From NCBI GenBank assembly GCA_050945275.1, contig JBMNSQ010000001.1, forward strand, positions 1-45,637: a stretch of DNA of 45,637 nt, written 5' to 3'. Position numbers and translations under genes: made by a program. Shown here piece by piece: positions 8,712 to 17,769 of this stretch (positions within the stretch are counted from its first letter, which is position 1; each line of letters starts with the position of its first letter). Under the pieces are notes generated by a model that worked only from the letters and a program-made list of their open reading frames with translations, was not told the DNA's origin and did not search any database. Source of the stretch: a bacterium (lineage in GTDB: Bacteria; Bacillota; DTU030; DUMP01).

Positions 8712-9626
8712 CTACCGTAGGAAGTCCACCAATGTAGGCTGCATTATACGAGCTCCGGTCGCCAGGGCTGCCCTATAGACTGCCTCCTGAGTTTTAAGAT
8801 AAATCATTGCTTCAGCAGCGTCCAAATCCTCTGTTTTAGACAATAGAGCAGTAAAGTTTATGTCAGCGGAACCTAACCTGGACTCAGTCATCTCAAGCCG
8901 GTTTACCTTGGCACCCACTTCCGATCTTTGGGCTACTAAATGATCCAACGCCTGCTGAAGCTTACCGATAGTAGAGCTAGAAATATCATCTGTATTACCT
9001 TCCCGTAGGTTATGCGATAATTCAATTAAGCTATTAAATATGTCGTCGCTAAAAGCTTGCTTACCAGTTACGTTATAAGTAAACTCTATCCCCGCACCAA
9101 TTTCGGTGGCACGGGCTGTATCGTTACCGTTATACTGCACGTAAGAAGGTTTGCCATCTTCACGTATTAACTCAAATGGAACATATGTTTCACCGGCAGC
9201 GGCTTTAGTTTTAGTGCCGCCAAATAGATATTGCCCTGCTTGTGATGAGTTAGCGATCTGAACCATGTGTTCCAGTAGCTGATCAATTTCGTCAGCAATA
9301 GCGTCCAGTGCTGCTTTAGGGTTGGTACCATTAGCCCCGGCAATAGCCAAATCACTGACACGCTGAATTATATCGCTAGCATGAAGTAAAGCATCTTCCG
9401 TGCTGCCTAGCCACGACAAGGCATGATCTACATTAGTGGAGTAAGTGGCAATATCGTCTAGGTCAGCACGCAGGCGCAATGAATGGACAATCCCGACTGG
9501 GTCATCGGAGGGGCGGCTGATACGCTTACCAACGGCTAGCTGATGTTGATATTTGGCCAATTGACGCAGATTATAGTTTAAGTCGCGCTTAAAAGTAGTG
9601 TTTATCATTCCCTGGGTAACTCGCAT
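8712..9626 (-). CDS. flgL: Flagellar hook-associated protein 3 FlgL
   Basis: Flagellin-like N-terminus MRVTQGM...L...LQ.QL..GKRI.RPSDDP and a C-terminus ending LVDFLR. It follows flgK. Confidence 0.85.
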   Translation of the reverse strand: MRVTQGMINTTFKRDLNYNLRQLAKYQHQLAVGKRISRPSDDPVGIVHSLRLRADLDDIATYSTNVDHALSWLGSTEDALLHASDIIQRVSDLAIAGANGTNPKAALDAIADEIDQLLEHMVQIANSSQAGQYLFGGTKTKAAAGETYVPFELIREDGKPSYVQYNGNDTARATEIGAGIEFTYNVTGKQAFSDDIFNSLIELSHNLREGNTDDISSSTIGKLQQALDHLVAQRSEVGAKVNRLEMTESRLGSADINFTALLSKTEDLDAAEAMIYLKTQEAVYRAALATGARIMQPTLVDFLR

Positions 9627-9632
9627 CAGTCA

Positions 9633-11039
9633 TTACCTCCCAACCAAGCCAGTGCGGCTGATCAAAACTTCTAGCATCTCATCTACAGCAGTGATTAGTC
9701 GAGCGGACGCATTATACGCCTGCTGGAAACGGATCATGTTCACCATTTCCTCATCCAAGGACACGCCGGATACAGCCTGACGGCGATTGTCGATTTCCGA
9801 GGCCAAAATTTCTTGGTTTTCCACCATCCGCTGGGCCTCTTGCCCTTGAACCCCCAGTTCAGCTACCAAAGCACTATAGTAATCGCCAAAGGTAGCGATT
9901 CCATTCAGCGCCGCTTGATGCCGCAACTGAGCGATTAAAAGTGCATTGGAGCCATCTCCGGGCGCGCCATCCGCGGACGCAGCCGCAATCTTGCTTAGTC
10001 CATCACTGCCCGCTAGATCAGGATTTATCTGTATGCTGCCTGCTCCCGATCCTACAAAGAATTCTAGATCCGTGTCTCCCTCTAACCCAACTCCTTGTTT
10101 ATGTAGATCGTTTACTTTTTCTATGATGCTCTTAGCCAATGTATCCAGCCGCTCTTCATAGTTTTGAATAAGGCCCGGATTAGTAGCATCTTCTCGCACA
10201 GCCTCCAGCAGTCCTTCCAGTTCCCCGTAGGGCTGGCTGCCGAAGCGATACTCAGCTCCATCTGGCCACGTAACTTTGCCACTGGCCGCATCAGCTGACA
10301 GTTCATTTATTTTTTGCCCTGATAGTAACGTGTGATCGCGTACCACAATACTTACCGCTCCAAACCCGTCCTCTTCCACTTGTATTGGTACGACCCGAGC
10401 CAATTGATCAAGTAGCAGGTCCCGGCGATCACGTAAGTCATTAGCCGCCATATTTCCTGACTCAGCCTTAACGATCTGAGCATTTAAGTCACGGATCTGA
10501 CGGGTTAAAGAGTTTATTTCGTTAACTCGTACCACGATAGAGCTACAAGTATCGGCCTTTAAGTCGTTGATTTGACTAGCCAAATGCCGAAAAGCGTCGG
10601 CTAAAGCCATACCTTCTTGGCGCAACGCCGACCGTGCCCCTTCCGTATCCGGATTTCGGGCCACGTTTTGCCAGCCATCAAAAAAGCGGCTCAATAATTT
10701 ACTGAGTCCTTGATCGCTGGGCTCATTAAAAATAGCTTCTAACTTCTCTACCGTATTTTGCCGTACTTCCCAACGCCCCAGGGACTGGACTTCGTTCCGA
10801 TATTGATAATCCAAGAAGTCTTCCCGTATACGTCGTATACCTTGTGCCTGTACACCAGTACCCCGCTGCCCAACCCCCATGCCAGGATAAGAGAAGGGCG
10901 ACGTGGTTGATAGTATCACCTCTTGGCGCGAATAGCCCTTGGTGCTAGAATTAGCTACATTATGCCCTGTAGTCTCTAAGGCTCGCTGTTGGGCCATAAC
11001 CCCCCGACGTCCGATTTCAATACCAAAAAAAGTCCCCAC
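9633..11039 (-). CDS. flgK: Flagellar hook-associated protein 1 FlgK
   Basis: N-terminus GIEIGRRGVMAQQRALETTGHNVANSSTKGYSRQ and C-terminus VSLDEEMVNMIRFQQAYNASARLITAVDEMLEVLI are the conserved FlgK terminal domains. Confidence 0.9.
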   Translation of the reverse strand: MGTFFGIEIGRRGVMAQQRALETTGHNVANSSTKGYSRQEVILSTTSPFSYPGMGVGQRGTGVQAQGIRRIREDFLDYQYRNEVQSLGRWEVRQNTVEKLEAIFNEPSDQGLSKLLSRFFDGWQNVARNPDTEGARSALRQEGMALADAFRHLASQINDLKADTCSSIVVRVNEINSLTRQIRDLNAQIVKAESGNMAANDLRDRRDLLLDQLARVVPIQVEEDGFGAVSIVVRDHTLLSGQKINELSADAASGKVTWPDGAEYRFGSQPYGELEGLLEAVREDATNPGLIQNYEERLDTLAKSIIEKVNDLHKQGVGLEGDTDLEFFVGSGAGSIQINPDLAGSDGLSKIAAASADGAPGDGSNALLIAQLRHQAALNGIATFGDYYSALVAELGVQGQEAQRMVENQEILASEIDNRRQAVSGVSLDEEMVNMIRFQQAYNASARLITAVDEMLEVLISRTGLVGR

Positions 11040-11053
11040 TTATATTATCCTCC

Positions 11054-11500
11054 TTACACCCGCCGATCTACTAAAGCAGATCTCACACTGTCCTTACTTA
11101 GTGTACAGTGAATCAAGTCTAAAGCCCCTTTAATAACGCTCTGACACCGATCATTTCGCTCTTTTAGTTCAGCTAAGACAACTGCAAGCTTATCTCCTAC
11201 CTGCTTAAAGCGAGCCGCTACCTCTTTATCGGTACGGTCAATGATAACGTCCAAAGTTAGTTGATCTACGGCTATGTCCCAAGTCGCCGCTAATTTGCTT
11301 TGGCTAGCAAAACGTCGCTTTTCTAGTTCAGCTATATTTAATATCAGTGCTTGTTCAGCGCTTATAATTTCATCGAGCGCCTGTACTTCGGCTAAGGAAA
11401 GAACCCTTTCTTTGCGCTTAGCGAGCTCATTCAAAGCGTAATAAACCTGTAGCTGCTCTTCCAACAACCGGACTTGCTCTAGAGCCTGATCAAAAGACAT
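11054..11500 (-). CDS. flgN: FlgN-family flagellar export chaperone (YvyG-like)
   Basis: 148-aa all-helical acidic protein between flgM and flgK. The call is mainly by synteny. Confidence 0.6.
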   Translation of the reverse strand: MSFDQALEQVRLLEEQLQVYYALNELAKRKERVLSLAEVQALDEIISAEQALILNIAELEKRRFASQSKLAATWDIAVDQLTLDVIIDRTDKEVAARFKQVGDKLAVVLAELKERNDRCQSVIKGALDLIHCTLSKDSVRSALVDRRV

Positions 11501-11502
11501 AC

Positions 11503-11811
11503 TTACACCTCCCGGCTAAATTCCCGCACCTTCGTAAGCAATGAACGGGCCACATTAGCCGAGTCAACCCTGTATCGACCTTCTTTTATGGCAGCGGTAA
11601 GTTTGCCTATCTTCTCCTCACGAACATAACTGCTTTTGGCCACGATCGCCAAAGCCTGCTTCAAGTCGCGAGCACGAGGGGACAATACAACCTGGTCTTG
11701 GCCAACCGCTTCCGTTTTGACTCTAGCATTATCTTTGTTTTCGTTCGAAGTCACTTTTTGTCCACTGTAAGCCCTTAAAACATTATGCAATCCGGAAGAA
11801 TAAATAGTCAC
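11503..11811 (-). CDS. flgM: Anti-sigma-28 factor FlgM
   Basis: 102 aa with C-terminal KIGKLTAAIKEGRYRVDSANVARSLL, matching the FlgM sigma-28-binding helix region. GTG start with a G-rich SD. Confidence 0.8.
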   Translation of the reverse strand: MTIYSSGLHNVLRAYSGQKVTSNENKDNARVKTEAVGQDQVVLSPRARDLKQALAIVAKSSYVREEKIGKLTAAIKEGRYRVDSANVARSLLTKVREFSREV

Positions 11812-11854
11812 CCTTCAGCCCCCCAACACTAAAAGATATCTGGCCTTTCTTTTC

Positions 11855-11881
11855 TTATCGGCATCTACACAAAATAATGTA
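11855..11881 (-). promoter_or_regulatory. Sigma-D/FliA (sigma-28) type promoter upstream of flgM
   Basis: The minus strand reads TACA-N15-GCCGATAA, against the remembered consensus TAAA-N15-GCCGATAT. It lies between the yvyF terminator hairpin and flgM. Confidence 0.5.
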
Positions 11882-11889
11882 CCTCATAC

Positions 11890-11913
11890 TTATAAAAGGT
11901 GCCACAGCACCTT
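11890..11913 (-). terminator. Small terminator hairpin overlapping the yvyF stop codon
   Basis: 7-bp stem AAGGTGC/GCACCTT with a 4-nt loop, followed on the minus strand by TTTTAT. Confidence 0.45.
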
Positions 11914-12328
11914 ATCGTCCCTTCCCTTTTTTTTGCAGCAAGTCGGCAATGTGCATCCTATCCCCTCTTCGCATGCCGCTGCTCCCAATAGTGGGCGGCA
12001 TCGCCTTTTTGGCCAATCCTTGTGTTAATTCTCTAGCACAGTCACTACAAATGCGACCTTTATCCACCTGTCTGCCACAAATTTCACACCGCAAAAGCCC
12101 TTCTGCCTTCAAGGTAACCAACCTACCCCGGCGAATAAATTCTAGAATCGTCTCTTTCGGAATGTTGGTTCCTCCAGCCACCATCTCTAAGTTAGCCCCC
12201 GGGTGTTCTCGTAGATACTTATCCACTTGCTGGAATAAGGCTTCTTCTTCCCGGTAACAACTTGGGCATTGCCGATTTCCCGTATAAACAAAAACCTTAC
12301 CACACCGCGAACAGTTTCTTACCTCCAC
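11912..12328 (-). CDS. YvyF-like flagellar-region zinc-ribbon protein (TIGR03826-like)
   Basis: Two CxxC pairs, twice over (CSRCGKV...CPSC and CEICGRQV...CSDC). It occupies the comFC-[yvyF]-flgM position as in B. subtilis. I chose the GTG at 12328 (GGAAGGAG SD 6 nt upstream); the track start at 12346 overlaps the comFC stop by 1 nt. Confidence 0.7.
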   Translation of the reverse strand: MEVRNCSRCGKVFVYTGNRQCPSCYREEEALFQQVDKYLREHPGANLEMVAGGTNIPKETILEFIRRGRLVTLKAEGLLRCEICGRQVDKGRICSDCARELTQGLAKKAMPPTIGSSGMRRGDRMHIADLLQKKGKGR

Positions 12329-12345
12329 ACCAAGGGCTCCTTCCA

Positions 12346-13119
12346 CTAGAACTTATTGGGCCTGGCCTTGGGGTGGCTAGATGCAATCGCAACAGTCGCT
12401 ACATAGACACCCCCGGCGCCGGCTTTGGTTAATGCTTTGCTAGCCGCATCAACTGTTGACCCTGTAGTATATATATCGTCTATTAGTAAAATTTCTTTAC
12501 CTTTTAGCCTCTCACAATTGACAGCAATAAACGCCCCTGCTACATTAGACCACCGATCGGTGGCACTAAGCCCCGCCTGAGGCAACGTATGGCGCGTACG
12601 CGTAAGAATCTTATTATTAAGTGGCCATTTATACGCACGGGCCACTTCTTGCGCCAGTAATTGGGATTGGTTAAAACCGCGTTCTCGTAATCGCTGCCGG
12701 TCTAAAGGCACGGGAACCACTAATGGCTTCTGCGGCAAGCCAGCAGCCTCTTTCAAACAGCTAGCCAACAATCCACCTAAAAACGGTGCTAAGTAGGCAC
12801 CATGACTATATTTAAAACGATGTATACACTGTCTAAGAACGCCTCTATACATGGCTGCTGACCAAGCGCGTACAAAATTACGCTGACGGGTCCGGCAGTC
12901 CTGGCAAAAGCCGGGGTAGGTAAGGGGGTGGCCACATTTGGCACAGGTAGGCTTTGTAACGGGTATAATTTGTGCCCGGCAACTAGCACAAACATACTTT
13001 TCCGAGGGTTTAAGACTACCATCACAAGCAGCACATGACATTGTATCGGGAAAAAGCAAGTCCCAGGCGGCCGTTGCAAGCTTAGGCCATATCTCACCGA
13101 ATCTTAGCCGATGATTCAT
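12346..13119 (-). CDS. comFC: ComF-family competence protein ComFC (double zinc ribbon plus phosphoribosyltransferase domain)
   Basis: N-terminal CAAC...CASC and CAKC...CQDC, a C-terminal PRPP-binding loop ILLIDDIYTTGSTV, and RGFNQS. Confidence 0.85.
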   Translation of the reverse strand: MNHRLRFGEIWPKLATAAWDLLFPDTMSCAACDGSLKPSEKYVCASCRAQIIPVTKPTCAKCGHPLTYPGFCQDCRTRQRNFVRAWSAAMYRGVLRQCIHRFKYSHGAYLAPFLGGLLASCLKEAAGLPQKPLVVPVPLDRQRLRERGFNQSQLLAQEVARAYKWPLNNKILTRTRHTLPQAGLSATDRWSNVAGAFIAVNCERLKGKEILLIDDIYTTGSTVDAASKALTKAGAGGVYVATVAIASSHPKARPNKF

Positions 13120-14801
13120 GATTTGTTGTCCAATGCACTGGCTATTTCGATCTCAGCCGGCAACAACTGTGAAAAACTCAAAACTTTGTTTCCCCCAGAT
13201 TGCTTGGCTTGATACATAGCCTGATCGGCAGCAACTAGTAACTGCTCAGCGCTATCGCCATGTTGAGGGTAGCCAGCAATGCCAATACTGGTAGTAACTG
13301 TTAAGAGGGTCTCTCCTGCTTGCAACTCACGCACGGCCTGGCAAATGCGCTCAGCTACTGAAAAAGCCTCTACGGGACCGGTTTCCGGTAGAATAACAAC
13401 AATTTCATCGCCGCCATAGCGTCCCACTGTATCCACACTTCGTGTAAGTGCTTGGACACAAGAAGTTATTTTTTGGAGCATTGCATCTCCCGCCACATGT
13501 CCATAGGCGTCATTAATCTTTTTGAAGTTATCCAAATCTACCATCAGCACGGACAACCGCAAATCATATCGACGACAACGATCTAACTCCTCAATAAGAA
13601 TTTCTAGTAATGTTCGTCGGTTAAGAATACCGGTAAGACTATCCAAGCGCGCTAAAGCCGCTACTTCAGAATATAATCGAGCGTTTTCCAAAGCTGTAGC
13701 CGCTTGACCAGCAATAATGGATATATACTGCACTTCATGATATTTAAAAGCAGTACGGCCTCTTTTAAGAGCGAGCACACCGACCAACCGGTCACCTGCT
13801 AGAAGTGGCACTGCTATTTGGTATTCCCCTGGATTACATTCTTTGCTTAGAGTATCGTCGTCCGATGGAGCAAGCATGACCGCCCGTCGCAAACCCGCCG
13901 TCCCAACCAAACCCTGGCCGATACCCACTTCTTTGTAGCGCACTACATCTGAAACCGGGCCTATGTGAGCTGCTGGCATTAATGTCTGACCATCGATCAA
14001 ATAAACGAGACCTTGATCATAGGTAGCAAGACGTTTAGCCTGGGTCAAAATAGCATTTAACGTAGTATCTAATTCAATGCTGACTCCTATTTTGCGGGTA
14101 GCACGATAGATCTTCATAATTTCCTGATGGGCACGGCTGACCTCATAATAAAGAAATACCACATAGCTCAAAGTAACCAAAGGTATAACGGCCAAACCAA
14201 GAGCCCATAACCCCAGACGCTCATACACCTGTACCATATACATTCCTATAGGAAAAGCCAGCAACGCAGCTAACAGATCCCAGAGTACTATCGATTTATA
14301 CTCAACCAGCGAGATAGATGTTTTTCCAAGTAGCAGTGCCATACCCACTAAACTATGGTTTAGTAAGAAGTATATCCCGAGAAAAACAAATTGGGGCAAT
14401 AAGAATACGCTGGTGCTACCCCCTACTAAGCCGCCCAACCGATGATAGAAAAAAGCCGCCCCAAGTCCAGCCAAAACTGCTTGGGCGGAATTGAACAACG
14501 TGGTAGTACTAAAACACCGGCGCAATATATCCGACAATAAGTAACTTGCAGCAGCCACCGTCAGTGCCGCCGGTACACCAATGGTGACTAGAGCTGCCAG
14601 TACCACACTGGAACTTAGACTAAGAGATCCATACTCAAATTCTATCCGCGTAGCCTCGACAACTGCCGACAAAATCGCATAAAGGGCAACTAAAAACAAG
14701 GGGACCGATCCCTGATTATTGCCTGTTAACATCAGGAACCCTATCCCCAGCACAGTTATCAACCAGCGATATACAGTTATTCCTCGTCCATCCGTCTCCA
14801 T
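13116..14801 (-). CDS. Membrane-anchored GAF-GGDEF diguanylate cyclase
   Basis: About 230 aa of TM helices, a GAF-like middle and a GGDEF domain: DSLTGILNRR, DLDNFKKINDAYGH, active site RYGGDEIVV, with an RSVD I-site 5 residues upstream. Its stop overlaps the comFC start (ATGA). Confidence 0.85.
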   Translation of the reverse strand: METDGRGITVYRWLITVLGIGFLMLTGNNQGSVPLFLVALYAILSAVVEATRIEFEYGSLSLSSSVVLAALVTIGVPAALTVAAASYLLSDILRRCFSTTTLFNSAQAVLAGLGAAFFYHRLGGLVGGSTSVFLLPQFVFLGIYFLLNHSLVGMALLLGKTSISLVEYKSIVLWDLLAALLAFPIGMYMVQVYERLGLWALGLAVIPLVTLSYVVFLYYEVSRAHQEIMKIYRATRKIGVSIELDTTLNAILTQAKRLATYDQGLVYLIDGQTLMPAAHIGPVSDVVRYKEVGIGQGLVGTAGLRRAVMLAPSDDDTLSKECNPGEYQIAVPLLAGDRLVGVLALKRGRTAFKYHEVQYISIIAGQAATALENARLYSEVAALARLDSLTGILNRRTLLEILIEELDRCRRYDLRLSVLMVDLDNFKKINDAYGHVAGDAMLQKITSCVQALTRSVDTVGRYGGDEIVVILPETGPVEAFSVAERICQAVRELQAGETLLTVTTSIGIAGYPQHGDSAEQLLVAADQAMYQAKQSGGNKVLSFSQLLPAEIEIASALDNKS

Positions 14802-14868
14802 ATAATCACCATCCGCTGCCGTTACCCGCTTGCTGTCTCAAAAGACATCTTTTGTACTGCAGCGTGTG

Positions 14869-16824
14869 TTACATACGTGGCAGGGCCGGAATGCCAAGAG
14901 TGGTCAGTGCATTAGCCATGGCCTGCTTAAAACTCATGACCAACGCTACTCGAAATCGCATCCGGGCAGGCGACGCTGTAAGTACAGGGGAAGTCTCATA
15001 AAAATTCATAAAGGCGGTGGCCAAATTATACGTATACTCAGCAAAAACCGAGCTCTGCAAAGCCTCGGCCGCCTTTTCCGTGGCCGCTGGAAGTTCCGCA
15101 ATAAGCCGAATTAACTTTTTCTCATGATCTGTTAATTCTTCGGGCACAGAGACAGTACGTAGATCTATGTCGTCCAGTATTTCTCGATCCACCCGTCCTA
15201 AAATATTGGCAGCCCGCGCATATGAATACTGCAAATACGGTCCGGTATTACCCTGCATACTAAGAGCATCATCAAAATCAAACACTAGCACGCTGGAAAT
15301 GTTGAACCTTACCATATAATAGCGGATCGCACCCACAGCAATATCCAGTCCTAACTTGCGATGTTCCTCTGGCGACATCTCTGGATGACGCTTGGCCACT
15401 TCAGACGTTGTGTGTTCAATGACACGTTCAATTAAGTCATCGGCTTTCACACCGATGCCTTTACGGCCAGACATGGCATAAATACCTTTTTCTTCCTCCC
15501 CGCTCACCGCCACTCCCAGTTCACCGGCCGTCTTGGGTGACAAGGCTACCACTTCGTAACCAAAGTGAATAGAATTCTTACCTTCCTGCTCAAAACCTAA
15601 CTTAATAAGAGAAAAACGCAGTACATCCTGCAGGTATCTCTGCCGCAAATCAATAACATTAATTACTTGGTCTGCCCGCCCAAAGCGGTCCATTTTTGTA
15701 CCATCGCTGCTAGTAGTCCACAGAACCGTCCCATTGGGCTGCAAGCAGTAACGATCATAAAAAAAGTCCTTACCTAAAACACCAAATTTCCATAACTGAT
15801 AAGCTATGTCTTTGGCTGTGTAGGTAGCCGTACCATTGGAGCGGACGAGAACTTTATCCGGGCTCTCCAAATTCTCAAACTCGGGCACATCGTCCAATTT
15901 CACTACCCAACAACCTGCATTGTCTCCTTCTTCTTCATAAACTAAATGCCCTTTAGACTTAAGCAGTTCAAACGCATGACTCCAGAAACCAAGATGAATA
16001 ATATCTCCTTCCCAATTTAGAAGGTTGTAGTAAATACCAAGGCGCCACATGGTGTTCAAATGGCACTCCACAATCTTTTGAGCTACTTCCTTAGCTAAAT
16101 CAGCGGTAGGGTTGTTGCCTTCTTCAATTAACCGCAAAGCTTCATAACGTTTTTCTTGTAGGCCGGGGTCTTCTTCGTACTTTTGATTGATTTCTGTATA
16201 TAAATTCCAGCACAAGTAGTCAAACCGAACGTCGTCCGGTATCTCTGGTGCTAATTCCTGGATGGCTACTACTACGTCAGCTACGGCCATACCAGTATCA
16301 TCGATATAATTTTGAACCTCTACTTCATAACCAGCCCGTCTCTTTAAGCGAGCTAGTGTATCACCTAAACAAGCATTTCTAAGATGTCCAATATGAGCCG
16401 CCTTGTTCGGGTTGATGTTGGTATGTTCGATGACAATTTTCTTTCCCTTGCCCACTTGGACTTCGCCATACTTGTCTTTGTCTACGGTAAGCTGGTCCAA
16501 TACCGATCTGGTCAGTCCTGCCATATCTAACCAAGCGTTAACATACCCGGGCGCGGTAACAAAAAACTCCTTTACATAAAGAGGCTTGTTTTCAATCAAG
16601 TAAGCACATATTCCCCGAGCAATCTCTATTGGTGACCGACGCAATACTTTGGCCAATCGAAGTGGCACGGGCGTAGATAAATCACCAAACTCAGGTTGGG
16701 GTGGAGTTTCCAACGGGATCTCATCTACCGTCATCGTCAGATTGTATAGTTCACTCAAACCTTGTCCGATCAGTTCTCGCAATACTCGTTCCAGTTCATA
16801 AAAATGGTAGGAATTACCCTCCAT
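14869..16824 (-). CDS. argS: Arginine--tRNA ligase
   Basis: HIGH motif NPNKAAHIGHLRN and a C-terminal anticodon-binding (DALR) region YLQYSYARAANIL. I chose the ATG at 16824 (GAGGAGGAG SD); the track's 28-aa extension lacks an SD. Confidence 0.95.
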   Translation of the reverse strand: MEGNSYHFYELERVLRELIGQGLSELYNLTMTVDEIPLETPPQPEFGDLSTPVPLRLAKVLRRSPIEIARGICAYLIENKPLYVKEFFVTAPGYVNAWLDMAGLTRSVLDQLTVDKDKYGEVQVGKGKKIVIEHTNINPNKAAHIGHLRNACLGDTLARLKRRAGYEVEVQNYIDDTGMAVADVVVAIQELAPEIPDDVRFDYLCWNLYTEINQKYEEDPGLQEKRYEALRLIEEGNNPTADLAKEVAQKIVECHLNTMWRLGIYYNLLNWEGDIIHLGFWSHAFELLKSKGHLVYEEEGDNAGCWVVKLDDVPEFENLESPDKVLVRSNGTATYTAKDIAYQLWKFGVLGKDFFYDRYCLQPNGTVLWTTSSDGTKMDRFGRADQVINVIDLRQRYLQDVLRFSLIKLGFEQEGKNSIHFGYEVVALSPKTAGELGVAVSGEEEKGIYAMSGRKGIGVKADDLIERVIEHTTSEVAKRHPEMSPEEHRKLGLDIAVGAIRYYMVRFNISSVLVFDFDDALSMQGNTGPYLQYSYARAANILGRVDREILDDIDLRTVSVPEELTDHEKKLIRLIAELPAATEKAAEALQSSVFAEYTYNLATAFMNFYETSPVLTASPARMRFRVALVMSFKQAMANALTTLGIPALPRM

Positions 16825-16861
16825 TCCGTACTCCTCCTCAACTAGGATGCATCTTCCAGTT

Positions 16862-16890
16862 ATTATACCATAAGTAAGCCATAGTATCCA
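16862..16890 (-). promoter_or_regulatory. Candidate sigma-A promoter of argS with an extended -10
   Basis: The minus strand reads TGGATA-N17 (ending TGg)-TATAAT. Confidence 0.4.
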
Positions 16891-16941
16891 AGGGTAAACA
16901 GGGAGCAAGAGGGACTCAAGCAGGACAAAAGGCCTCTACTA

Positions 16942-17652
16942 CTACCGCTCCTTGATATCTTGGGTAATTGGTAACCATATAGTGAAGGTAGTCCCAAAGC
17001 CAACATTGCTGTCAACTTCTAACTGGCCGCCATGGGCATGTACAATAAGTCGGCTAATAACCAGTCCTAGGCCCGTCCCATTCTCCTTCGTGGTGAAATA
17101 AGGAGTAAAAATCTGCGGTAGGATCGCTGAAGGAATACCCGTTCCTGTGTCGCGACAACTTAACCGCAGCCAATTACAATCTGACTGTTTAATATCTAGC
17201 GTAATATCGCCGCCGTCTGGTAAGGCCGCTACGGCATTGTTTATTAGATTCCACATTAGTTGGTGCATCAGTTTAGGCGATGCTTTTATGTTTGGGCAGG
17301 CAGCCTGCTTCTTAACATTTATTCTTATGTTCCGCTTATGAACCTCGTCTCGGATTAACCCTACCACTCGGTCTACAATCTCACCCAAATTACAAACAAT
17401 AAATGATGTATACTTGATGCGCCCAAAGTACAAATAATCTTCCACTAATTCTTGCAGTCGATTTAGTTCGCTAACAACCGTCTGTACATAGTAAGTGGAA
17501 GTACTGTCATCCTTAACTCTTTGGGCTAACAATTGCAGGAAACCATGCATGGCTGCTAGCGGGTTTTTTATCTCATGTGCTATACCAGCTGTTAACTGTT
17601 TTTCATCTTGATCTTGCAGCCACTTTTCCTGGCAACCCTTGTTATTAATCAA
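16942..17652 (-). CDS. Orphan soluble histidine kinase (HisKA plus HATPase_c only, no sensor domain)
   Basis: H-box GIAHEIKNPLAAMHGF, N-box LMWNLINNAVAA, G1 DTGTGI and G2 GTGLGL. There is no TM segment and no PAS domain. TTG start with a GAGGGGG SD. No response regulator is adjacent. Confidence 0.8.
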   Translation of the reverse strand: MINNKGCQEKWLQDQDEKQLTAGIAHEIKNPLAAMHGFLQLLAQRVKDDSTSTYYVQTVVSELNRLQELVEDYLYFGRIKYTSFIVCNLGEIVDRVVGLIRDEVHKRNIRINVKKQAACPNIKASPKLMHQLMWNLINNAVAALPDGGDITLDIKQSDCNWLRLSCRDTGTGIPSAILPQIFTPYFTTKENGTGLGLVISRLIVHAHGGQLEVDSNVGFGTTFTIWLPITQDIKER

Positions 17653-17684
17653 GAACAGGCCCCCTCAGTTTACCAGATACATAT

Positions 17685-17713
17685 ATATTCGACCTATGGA
17701 AACAATTTCCTCC
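17685..17713 (-). promoter_or_regulatory. Sigma-H-type promoter of the orphan kinase
   Basis: The minus strand reads GGAGGAAAT-N11-GTCGAATAT, a full match to the remembered sigma-H consensus RnAGGAwww-N11-12-RnnGAATww. It sits directly between the fapA terminator and the kinase SD. Confidence 0.5.
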
Positions 17714-17715
17714 CA

Positions 17716-17744
17716 GCAAAACAAGAAACCGGGGGCATCCCCGG
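17716..17744 (-). terminator. Rho-independent terminator after the FapA-like gene
   Basis: Stem CCGGGG/CCCCGG with loop GCAT (17729-17744), followed on the minus strand by TTTCTTGTTTTGC. Confidence 0.7.
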
Positions 17745-17769
17745 AATATAGTTACCCGTTAGTGAACAG

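Noticed and set aside
14869-16824. Unusually long ArgS (651 aa versus roughly 550-580 aa in model bacteria)
   Set aside because: HIGH and anticodon-binding regions are intact and the extra length is spread over the protein. I cannot tell by eye whether this is a distinct clade, so it is not reported as a finding.
16825-16941. Possible T-box leader for argS
   Set aside because: The gap is only 117 nt. It has no T-box 14-mer, no specifier-loop architecture and no terminator/antiterminator pair. A plain extended -10 promoter fits it.
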